From assembly GCA_026396275.1 (NCBI GenBank), contig JAPLXC010000007.1, forward strand, positions 37,084 through 101,083: a stretch of 64,000 bases of DNA. Direction: 5' to 3'. The stretch comes from Candidatus Moraniibacteriota bacterium. GTDB taxonomy: Bacteria > Patescibacteriota > Minisyncoccia > Moranbacterales > JAPLXC01. Numbering within the stretch: position 1 is the first letter of the stretch; each line of letters opens with the position of its first letter. A model generated the notes under the pieces. It was not told where the DNA came from. It did not search any database and saw only the letters and a list, made by a program, of their open reading frames with translations. Below, one piece after another: positions 48,482-56,550 of the stretch. The position numbers and the translations under genes are program-made.

Positions 48482-49282
48482 TCAACTTTGCCCGTCAATT
48501 ACGATCATGGCTTTTCTGCCCTCATTAATCTTGTTCTTGTCTCCCGGAAAATCGTGAATGGCATTATACAAAACATCAATTGGATAGCGGTATCCTTCCC
48601 CTTTTCTTGTTCCCGGATCATTAGTGATAATTTTGTCACCGCTGTATCCCACTAGAACAAGATTGTGATACAAGGGTCCCGGTTGAGTATAATAAGGATT
48701 GCCCAAAAGCCGGCCGGCCGCCGGCACGATGATGGGATTCCCCTTGGCCAGTTCTTTTTTAATTTCCCCTTTACTAAAATCGTAAATTACTCTCAAGTTT
48801 TTAATTCCGTAAAAATCTTCCGCTAACTTTACTATCTCACCGACATTGCTGTCTTTATAATCGCCATATTTTTCTATTTGAAATTTTATCAATTCCTGAA
48901 CCTCCTTTTCAGCTATCTCTTTATTTAATTTCTCTCCCTGAAAATAATAGGCCAACATCAAAAGCGATGCTTCTTCACAGGCCTCCTCGTGCCGTATATC
49001 CCAAACCGCAAAAGGGGCTTGGGAAGTAAAGGGAACTTTAATAAAAATTTTTTCGGGAAGCGTTTTTTCTTCCTTAATAGATCCTGCTGGTTCTGCAGTT
49101 ACTGCCTTTTCTTCCGGCTGGCTAACATCTGCACCCGGGCTTTTAACAATATCCTTAAATTCCTCCAAATACGTTTTTGGAGCTTTACTGCTCCGCAACA
49201 AAAAATATCTGCCGGCAAACAGTGCCGCCAGAACAACTAAAACGACTATTCCCGAAATATAAATTTTTTTCCGGCTAAACAT
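48482..49282 (-). CDS. C39-like peptidase, membrane-anchored
   Basis: VPFTSQAP, ACEEAS, HNLVLVGY, TNDPG. Confidence 0.85.
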   Translation of the reverse strand: MFSRKKIYISGIVVLVVLAALFAGRYFLLRSSKAPKTYLEEFKDIVKSPGADVSQPEEKAVTAEPAGSIKEEKTLPEKIFIKVPFTSQAPFAVWDIRHEEACEEASLLMLAYYFQGEKLNKEIAEKEVQELIKFQIEKYGDYKDSNVGEIVKLAEDFYGIKNLRVIYDFSKGEIKKELAKGNPIIVPAAGRLLGNPYYTQPGPLYHNLVLVGYSGDKIITNDPGTRKGEGYRYPIDVLYNAIHDFPGDKNKINEGRKAMIVIDGQS

Positions 49283-49288
49283 AATTTA

Positions 49289-50428
49289 TCAATTGTGGAC
49301 AACTACCGGCGTTCCGATCTCGGCCCAATTATAAACAAATTGCGCCGGCCCGACTCCCAGCCGGACACAGCCATGGGAAACGGGAGTCCCCAGATGGGCT
49401 GCTCCTTCCTTGAAACCGCCCGGCCATTCCGGGAGTTCATGAATTCCGAAATCGCCTGACGGTACCAACGCCATCCAATAGGGCATAAAGAGGCCGTATT
49501 TTTTTGACCAAGCGCGGGGAAATTTATTGGAAATATGGAAAGTTCCCTGAGGAGTGCCCATTCCCCGCTTCCCCGATGAAATGAGAAAAGCGTCCACTAA
49601 TTTCCCGTTTTCAAAAATGGTCATTACTTGGCTTTCCACATTCAGGTCAATGTATTTTCCCTCTTTAATTTTCGGATCGGAAAATCTCCTGGCTTGCTCT
49701 AGCCGCAGATTAAGGTCTTTTTCCCAGGTGGCGGGAGGAAATGGTTTGGTTTCAAACCAAGTCGTGTAGATCTTCTGATATCGGCTTTCGCTTTCATCCT
49801 TATGGCGAACCATAATTTCTACGTCGTAGCGCTGGCCTCGCTGAAAACCATTTTTCGAAAGAAAGTCAACTTTCTTTTTTTCCAGATCCAGCTGATTGAC
49901 AAGATTTTCGGCAGGATTAATAACAACTTTAACGCGGAAGTCCTCAATTGATTTGCTAAAAACAGCAGTCATTGGATCCTCGATATCAAAAATAACATCT
50001 CTTTCTCCCATCTTTGGATAAAATTCTGATACTCGGGGATAAGCGACTGTCCGAAAGGTAAGGCGTTCATTAATTTCAGTAAGCATTATGCTTATTCCCC
50101 CAGAGATAGTAATGTTGTATTCTTGCTCGGGCTTCCAGGAATCAAAAGGAGTGATAACTAAGGATTTATTTCCATTCAGCCAATGAAAGTTGACTTCCTC
50201 CTTTGGACTTATTGTCACAACACTGCTAGTTCGCTCCACTATCATTGGCTCTGAAAAGTTCAACTGCAGCGCCTCTCTGGGCGTGATGTCGCGATCTGAT
50301 TCCAACTGGACATCAACCCGAAAGACCTGCGGATAGGCGCGGACACTGTAAACAATCCCCAGTACTCCGGCGATAAAAATAATTGCGGCTAAGATATGAT
50401 GTATTTTGTGTTTTAATTTTTCGTCCAT
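49289..50428 (-). CDS. L,D-transpeptidase (YkuD) with Ig-like domains
   Basis: TPQGTF, GIHE, SHGCVRL motifs. Confidence 0.92.
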   Translation of the reverse strand: MDEKLKHKIHHILAAIIFIAGVLGIVYSVRAYPQVFRVDVQLESDRDITPREALQLNFSEPMIVERTSSVVTISPKEEVNFHWLNGNKSLVITPFDSWKPEQEYNITISGGISIMLTEINERLTFRTVAYPRVSEFYPKMGERDVIFDIEDPMTAVFSKSIEDFRVKVVINPAENLVNQLDLEKKKVDFLSKNGFQRGQRYDVEIMVRHKDESESRYQKIYTTWFETKPFPPATWEKDLNLRLEQARRFSDPKIKEGKYIDLNVESQVMTIFENGKLVDAFLISSGKRGMGTPQGTFHISNKFPRAWSKKYGLFMPYWMALVPSGDFGIHELPEWPGGFKEGAAHLGTPVSHGCVRLGVGPAQFVYNWAEIGTPVVVHN

Positions 50429-50481
50429 TATTTAAAAAAGAAAAGGGTGATGTTTCACCCTTTTAGTATAACATTAATTTT

Positions 50482-50646
50482 TCAATTTATTAATTTGTCT
50501 TCACTGCAAGGACAGTTCGGATGATGTTCTTGATCATCACCTTTTCCGCAGCCGGAACAAATTCCCTTTCCATTATTATTTTCGACAATTCCCTCTTTTT
50601 TTTTCTTTGCATTCAATTTTTCTATTGCTTCTACTATATCTGCCAT
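50482..50646 (-). CDS. 54-aa putative zinc-binding protein, not in ORF track
   Basis: MADIVEAIEKLNAKKKKEGIVENNNGKGICSGCGKGDDQEHHPNCPCSEDKLIN*; AAGGAGGT SD; terminator at 50434-50464. Confidence 0.65.
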   Translation of the reverse strand: MADIVEAIEKLNAKKKKEGIVENNNGKGICSGCGKGDDQEHHPNCPCSEDKLIN

Positions 50647-50720
50647 AACTACCTCCTTAAATTTATTTCAAAAAAAGAACTGTTTATAATCAATTCGTTA
50701 ATCTTATTATAGCTCACATT

Positions 50721-51731
50721 TCATTTGGAAAAAAGTCCCTTGGCTTCCTCCCAAACCTGCGGATAATTTTTCTTTTCTTTCAGCCAATACCACCACTCGG
50801 CTCCCCAGAGATAAATCGGCGAAAATCCCGTCTTTTCGGCAAATTCCACGTTGCTCCGGAGCTTTTCGGCGTTCATCGACTCAAGTTGCTCCTCCAGCGG
50901 CTGATCCACTGTCCAGCCGTCCAGCCAGGGCTCTCCCTGAAGCTCAACGATCATAATATTTTCCTGCCCGGCGAAAGTTTTGATCAGCCAGTATTTAAAT
51001 TTAAAAAAATTGGGTCCAATGGGATAATCAAAGGCGATTCCCAGTTTTCCGCTTACCACTGAACGGTATAAAGTCGTTCCAAAAACATCGGCTCGCTTAG
51101 CTGCCTGGATCCACAAGCTCAATTCCCCGCTATCAGTGACAATAACCGGCCGGCTGGAATCCAGGTTTCGAACAAGAGCTAGCTCTTCATCAAGAAGTTT
51201 CACATCCAGCGGGGGGCAAATGCCAAAAGGAAGAAACGGTTCATTCTCTACTTGCCAATAAGTAACAGTGGGATTATTTTTATACCGCTTAACAACTACT
51301 TCAATGTATTCCAGTAATTCCTGCTTCTTAATTCCTAATTCCTGATTCCTAATCCATTCGGGCTCGTGGCATTCCGGCCAGCGGGGAACTTTTTGTCCGA
51401 TTATTAAAATTACATCAACTTTTCTCTTTTCGGCCTCTGTCAACTGCCAGTCAATTTCAGAAAAATCAAAATAATCCGGATGCGGTTCAACGAAATCCCA
51501 GTATAAAGGAAGGCGAATGTGCCGCGCTTTCAAATCGTCCAGTAATGCCAGATACGCCTCCTTTTCGTCAAGGCCAATGGCTCTCGCGTAACGGGAGGAA
51601 TAAGTGACTCCCAGTTCCGGTTTTTGGAAAGAACTTTTTACGGGAAGATTGAAATAAATCAAAAGAAGGCCGGTAAAAAGAAACAATAGTCCGCAAGTTA
51701 TGACAATGACCTGAATAATTTTTCTAATCAT
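50721..51731 (-). CDS. Clan GH-A glycoside hydrolase-like protein
   Basis: IRLPLYW..EP, WQVENEP acid/base, VELQGEPW nucleophile region. Confidence 0.8.
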   Translation of the reverse strand: MIRKIIQVIVITCGLLFLFTGLLLIYFNLPVKSSFQKPELGVTYSSRYARAIGLDEKEAYLALLDDLKARHIRLPLYWDFVEPHPDYFDFSEIDWQLTEAEKRKVDVILIIGQKVPRWPECHEPEWIRNQELGIKKQELLEYIEVVVKRYKNNPTVTYWQVENEPFLPFGICPPLDVKLLDEELALVRNLDSSRPVIVTDSGELSLWIQAAKRADVFGTTLYRSVVSGKLGIAFDYPIGPNFFKFKYWLIKTFAGQENIMIVELQGEPWLDGWTVDQPLEEQLESMNAEKLRSNVEFAEKTGFSPIYLWGAEWWYWLKEKKNYPQVWEEAKGLFSK

Positions 51732-51736
51732 TTCTT

Positions 51737-52690
51737 TTATGGCTTTAACAGTAAGCTCTCAATGGAAACTAGCGAAGAAACAAGCGCTACACCGATGGCA
51801 ATAATGATAATCGCTCCAATTTTCTGTGCCCAGTCCCAGAACAGCAATTTTTCCGAAAACACTTTGGGGTGCCAAGTGGCTGCCAGCGTCGCCAAGATCA
51901 AAACGAAGACATATTGAGAGGAAACAAGCGCGTTAATCAGCGTGGCGCTTCCCAGCGACAGCGCGTAGTTAAAAAGAATGGAACTCGTTCCGCCAATTAG
52001 TTTATTGATTATAACTAACGCTCCCGTTCGGTATTGCGTATGGGTGGGACGACGAAATCCTCTTAAGCTGCCGATAATATCTTTTCTCCATTTTGGAATT
52101 ATAAAAAATCCGGCGATAGCAACGGCTGACCCGAATCGCGTCCAAATGAAGCCGTTGAAAAAGGCCTGCTCATTATAGACGACCTTAAAAAGCAAATAGG
52201 CAACCGCCAGAACTACTCCCGACAGCAATGCGTAGTAAAACCCCGAGAAAAATTTTTTCCTGCCAAGCTGCAAAGGCAAATCGAAAGAAATTAAAAGCCC
52301 TCCGAAAATTAAGAGGACTGCTCCGATTAGCTGGACGCTGTTCAGCTTTTCCTGAAAAAAAACAATGGAAAAAAGATATACGGCCAGCGGGGTAACCGCG
52401 CCAATCACCGTCGCCACCCGGCTGGCCTCCGCTTTTTGGATGGCAAAATAAAGGGCCAGAATCCCGAAAGTAAAAAGCGCTCCAGACGTTAAACTGATGA
52501 CAATTTGATAACCGGAAGGAAGTGAAAATCCAAAAGGAGCAAAAATCAGCGCACCTAGTCCTAAAAGACCGATGTAAAAAGAGTACACCGGCGGGGAGGA
52601 AATTCTTTTCGAGCCCAGGATGAATTTATCAAGAATTACCGCCAGTGCGCTAAGAAAGTAAGATGTGAGGGCGATGGATAACCAAGTCAT
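51737..52690 (-). CDS. EamA/DMT family transporter
   Basis: About 10 TM segments in two repeats. Confidence 0.85.
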   Translation of the reverse strand: MTWLSIALTSYFLSALAVILDKFILGSKRISSPPVYSFYIGLLGLGALIFAPFGFSLPSGYQIVISLTSGALFTFGILALYFAIQKAEASRVATVIGAVTPLAVYLFSIVFFQEKLNSVQLIGAVLLIFGGLLISFDLPLQLGRKKFFSGFYYALLSGVVLAVAYLLFKVVYNEQAFFNGFIWTRFGSAVAIAGFFIIPKWRKDIIGSLRGFRRPTHTQYRTGALVIINKLIGGTSSILFNYALSLGSATLINALVSSQYVFVLILATLAATWHPKVFSEKLLFWDWAQKIGAIIIIAIGVALVSSLVSIESLLLKP

Positions 52691-52752
52691 TCACATTGTG
52701 TCACTGCGAGGAGTCCCGCCGTTCGGCGGGATAAACTCCGCGACATGACCAT

Positions 52753-54051
52753 TTAACTTTTAGATTCCTCGGCTTCCTGCCTCGCCGGCGGGCGGGCACT
52801 CGGAATGACATTCGTTATTAAGCCGTTATTTTTTATTATCTCTTCATACGCGTAAAAGCTTTTCCTCGGCTTCCGTTCCAGCGTTTGGTAATCAATTTCA
52901 ACAAGACCGAAACGCGGCCAAAAACCCTTGTCCCATTCGAAATTATCCATCAGCGACCAGTAGAAATAACCGCGCACATCCGCCCCTTCGTCAATAGCTT
53001 TTTTAATCCACTGCAGATGATTTTTGATAAAATCAGCACGCTTTTCGTCTGCGTCCGCCAACCCGTTTTCCGTCACATAGATCGGCAAATTATATTCCTT
53101 AAGCCATTTTAACACATGGTACAAACCTTCCGGATATATTTCCCAGTTAAGATCATTCACGGGCTTGTCACCTAATCGAATCTTTCTGGGAAATTTGAAA
53201 CGATTATGAAAATAATACTGAACAGTAAGAAAATCATTGTATCCTTTCGTAAGATTAAGCATTCGCTTATTGACAAAGTAAAGGCCAACAGCCACGCTCA
53301 ATTTGTCCAGCCAGGAATTTTTGCGATAAGGCTCAAAAGAATGGAGAGCATTGGCAAATCCCACTCTAGCATCTTTAGAAATTAAACGAATTATTTTATA
53401 TGCTTCAATGTGAGCCCGAGCAAAGTTTCCATATAATTTCCAAGCGACAATAAGGTTTTTCTTTTGCGGCGGCCAATTCCCAATGCAGTAAGAGGCAGCT
53501 ATTACTGATGTCGGCTCATTTAACGTGATCCAAAATTTCACGCTCTCCCCTAAATTTTTGACGACATATTGAGCATAACGGGAAAAAAAGAAAGGAAATT
53601 TTTTGCTTTCGCATCCTCCTTTTTCTTCCAGCCATAAAGGGTTGGTCCAGTGCCAAAGAGTGGCAAACGGCTCGATATTTCTTTTGCGAAGGGCCAGAAT
53701 AACTTTCCGGTAATGTTCAATTTCTTTCTCATTGAATTTTCCCTCCTCTGGTTCAATCCTTGACCACTCAATGGAGAAACGATGAGCGTTGTGTCCGCTG
53801 GATTGCGCTAAATCGAAATCCTCTTCATAGCGGTTGTAATGATCGCAGGCCCGGCCGGAAATATAGTTTTCCGGGTTAAACATTTCCGGAAATTTTTCTT
53901 TTTGCCAATCCTGCCATTTATCTTTAGCTTCTTTAGCTAGACGCCCGGCGTTCTCCCTTTCCCACTGCGACCAATTATTAACATTATTTCCTTCTACCTG
54001 ATGAGCCGACGTCGCCGCTCCCCAAAAAAAGTCCTTTGGAAATTGTTTCAT
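52753..54051 (-). CDS. Glycoside hydrolase family 1 (beta-glucosidase)
   Basis: FFWGAATSAHQVEG, TLNEP, VTENG, DNFEW. Confidence 0.95.
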   Translation of the reverse strand: MKQFPKDFFWGAATSAHQVEGNNVNNWSQWERENAGRLAKEAKDKWQDWQKEKFPEMFNPENYISGRACDHYNRYEEDFDLAQSSGHNAHRFSIEWSRIEPEEGKFNEKEIEHYRKVILALRKRNIEPFATLWHWTNPLWLEEKGGCESKKFPFFFSRYAQYVVKNLGESVKFWITLNEPTSVIAASYCIGNWPPQKKNLIVAWKLYGNFARAHIEAYKIIRLISKDARVGFANALHSFEPYRKNSWLDKLSVAVGLYFVNKRMLNLTKGYNDFLTVQYYFHNRFKFPRKIRLGDKPVNDLNWEIYPEGLYHVLKWLKEYNLPIYVTENGLADADEKRADFIKNHLQWIKKAIDEGADVRGYFYWSLMDNFEWDKGFWPRFGLVEIDYQTLERKPRKSFYAYEEIIKNNGLITNVIPSARPPARQEAEESKS

Positions 54052-54160
54052 AAGCCTATTTTACAACAATTACCCAATATAAAAAAGCGGCATCTCTGCC
54101 GCTATTTTAAGTTTTGCATTTTCAACTGTAATTTTGCGCTTTTCGCTTTGAACTTTTAAT

Positions 54161-54892
54161 TTATTTATAAGCAATCTGATTGTAATAGCCGCTTACGTCG
54201 CTAATCCATTTCTTCACGCTTCCAGGATCATGCCCAGCGCAACTGGCACCGCATTTCCAGATCACCATCTTTTCCGGAGTGTTCAGTTTCCGGCTGACAA
54301 AAAACTGAAGCCGCTGGGCAACTGCTTCCACGCCTTCTTTGGGACTGGCAAAACATCCGTAGCCCAGTGCTGTTCCCCGACTGCCGCTGCCTTTGTATCC
54401 CCAGTAGTTGTAACAATTTTGTCCATCTTTTGAGGGGGTATGCTCGCCCCATCCGCTTTCCTTCTTAGCAATTCCCACCAGAAGGCCAGCTATCACCCGA
54501 TCATATTCACTGATAAAGGGCACCATTTCCCGAATAGGATAATTTCCTACCAGCTGGTAGAGCTCTTCCTCCAGTTGCTGTTTTTCCAAGTTGCCGATTT
54601 TATTCTTAAGGCCGCAATTGGAAATATCCTTCCTTTTTTCCTTCCAAGGATCATTTCGCAGCAACTGGTTAGGTAAATCAGAAAGAAAACCGGCTTGCTC
54701 AAGGGAAATAACGCTTTCCTTATGTATCTGGATATAAAGGCGCGGGAACGCTTCTCCGCTTCTTAGCCAAAAAAAACAACCTAATACTAAGATTAGGGTC
54801 GTTAAGAGAATAATATCAGTTGATTGATGCTGGTTATTCTTCTCTCGCCTCCAGGAAATCAGCTTTTTCAGCCGATCCGTAAAAACACCCAT
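54161..54892 (-). CDS. Membrane-anchored lysozyme-like/glucosaminidase-like protein (paralog 2)
   Basis: GIAKKESGWG, CYNYWGY, F.SP.EGV motifs. Confidence 0.7.
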   Translation of the reverse strand: MGVFTDRLKKLISWRREKNNQHQSTDIILLTTLILVLGCFFWLRSGEAFPRLYIQIHKESVISLEQAGFLSDLPNQLLRNDPWKEKRKDISNCGLKNKIGNLEKQQLEEELYQLVGNYPIREMVPFISEYDRVIAGLLVGIAKKESGWGEHTPSKDGQNCYNYWGYKGSGSRGTALGYGCFASPKEGVEAVAQRLQFFVSRKLNTPEKMVIWKCGASCAGHDPGSVKKWISDVSGYYNQIAYK

Positions 54893-55001
54893 ACCTTGAA
54901 TTCAATGCTTAAGTCCTCCTGAAAAACACGCTTCCTATCCTAGCATTAAAGGGAGTCGGGCGTCAAGAAAAATATGATTTTTTGGCTTCATAAAGCTTAA
55001 T

Positions 55002-56087
55002 TTAGTTGTTAAGTTTCTCAAAATACATGCTTACGTCACTAATCCACTTGCGTACCGCTGCTACATCGTCCTTGTCGCAGGCCGAGCCGCATTTCCAGAT
55101 AACCATCTTAGTCGGCGTATTCAATTTTTTATTTTTAATAAGCCATTCCAGCCGCTTGGCAACTGTGTCCACTGCGTCTTTCGGACTATTAAAGCAAGTG
55201 TGCCCGCCGGTGCCCATCAGGCGGCGCTGTTCCCGATAACCCCAGTAATTATAACAGTCCTGGCCGGCAAGTAACGGCACATGCACTCCCCAACTGCTTT
55301 CTTTTCTGGCAATGCCAATAAGAAAAGCCGCCACTATCCGGTCTTTTTTTACAATATAGGGAATCATTTTTTCTATCGGGTAGCCCTTAACCATTTTTCT
55401 TATTTCTTTTTCAAATTCCTCTTTTTTGGCACTTTCCAAGTCCCTGATAAGATTGGCAATGTATTCACCGTTTTCCTCTCCGCTTATATCAAAGCCGGCT
55501 GAATTTAGCACTAATGTTTCTTCTCCCAGCACTAAGCCAGTTGTTCCACTGGGATCCTGATATTGCGCCGCCTGGCTTACATCCCGGGCCGAAGCACTCA
55601 GTCCCAGATAGTGATAAATAAGCGCCATGGAAATCATTCCCAAAAGAACAGCGCTAATAATTGACATATTCCAGATTTGAGCTAGCGGCCACCGGCTGGC
55701 AATAAAAACTGGACGGCCGGAAACTGCCTCGCGAAGCGCTTGACGATGCTTGGCAAAAGTTTTGTAAAGAATATCTCCCGATTTCGGCCTGCCAGGTTGA
55801 TAACTTTTCAAAATCCTCCGGTTCAAACTGTCTAAGCCCTTTATCACTTTATTGAAAATGACACCGCTTTCCATCAGTTTTTTCTCCTTGGGGGTTATAT
55901 ACAGTTTGGAGTCCTCGGTAAAAAAACACTCCATCCTCCGGCTGCGGGAAAATAGAGTGGATTTTATTTTTCCGGACTGAAAATTTTGAATTACTTTTTG
56001 GGTTCCGGGGAAGGGAATAAAATAAACGGCTTCTTTTTCAATTGAAGCGCTGTCAAAAAAATATCTTTCTTGCCTGTTTTTGTTCAT
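55002..56087 (-). CDS. Membrane-anchored lysozyme-like/glucosaminidase-like protein (paralog 1)
   Basis: GIARKESSWG, CYNYWGY, WKCG, KWISDV shared with its neighbour. Confidence 0.7.
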   Translation of the reverse strand: MNKNRQERYFFDSASIEKEAVYFIPFPGTQKVIQNFQSGKIKSTLFSRSRRMECFFTEDSKLYITPKEKKLMESGVIFNKVIKGLDSLNRRILKSYQPGRPKSGDILYKTFAKHRQALREAVSGRPVFIASRWPLAQIWNMSIISAVLLGMISMALIYHYLGLSASARDVSQAAQYQDPSGTTGLVLGEETLVLNSAGFDISGEENGEYIANLIRDLESAKKEEFEKEIRKMVKGYPIEKMIPYIVKKDRIVAAFLIGIARKESSWGVHVPLLAGQDCYNYWGYREQRRLMGTGGHTCFNSPKDAVDTVAKRLEWLIKNKKLNTPTKMVIWKCGSACDKDDVAAVRKWISDVSMYFEKLNN

Positions 56088-56117
56088 CTGCGGATAAAAT
56101 GTAAATAATAGGATTTT

Positions 56118-56549
56118 CTACGGTATTTCCGCTTCTTTCTTAAAAAAATCAACCACATCTGGCGTTCCGATAAGACACTTTCCCTGGGCGTAAAGAAACG
56201 GGACGCCAACTTTGCTTTTGTCCAGTCCGCATTCTTCCGCCCGCTGTTCCAGTTCTGCCGCGTTTTCCCGGTTGTGCCAGACCTCTTTTTTGGAAAAACT
56301 GACTTTCTCGGCGATTTTATTTTCCTCAAGAAATTTAACGACTTCCTGGCAATGAGAGCATTCCTGGCCGTAATAGTAAACGATTCCGTTCGCAGGAGAT
56401 GCTGGTGCTTCGGCCTTTTTTGGCTGATTGATACCCCAAATAATCAATCCGCCAATTATCAAAAGGGTTACTCCCGCAATCGGAAGCACCCCTTTTTTCT
56501 TAAAAAGCGCGAAAAAACTCGGATTCTTTATTTTTTCCATTTTTTTCAC
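56118..56549 (-). CDS. Membrane-anchored glutaredoxin/thioredoxin-like protein
   Basis: CSHC and GVPF cis-Pro motifs. Confidence 0.85.
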   Translation of the reverse strand: MKKMEKIKNPSFFALFKKKGVLPIAGVTLLIIGGLIIWGINQPKKAEAPASPANGIVYYYGQECSHCQEVVKFLEENKIAEKVSFSKKEVWHNRENAAELEQRAEECGLDKSKVGVPFLYAQGKCLIGTPDVVDFFKKEAEIP

Positions 56550-56550
56550 T

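Noticed and set aside
54161-56087. Diversity-generating retroelement TR/VR pair
   Set aside because: The similarity is between two full paralogous domains, with no evident adenine-specific pattern and no reverse transcriptase in the window.
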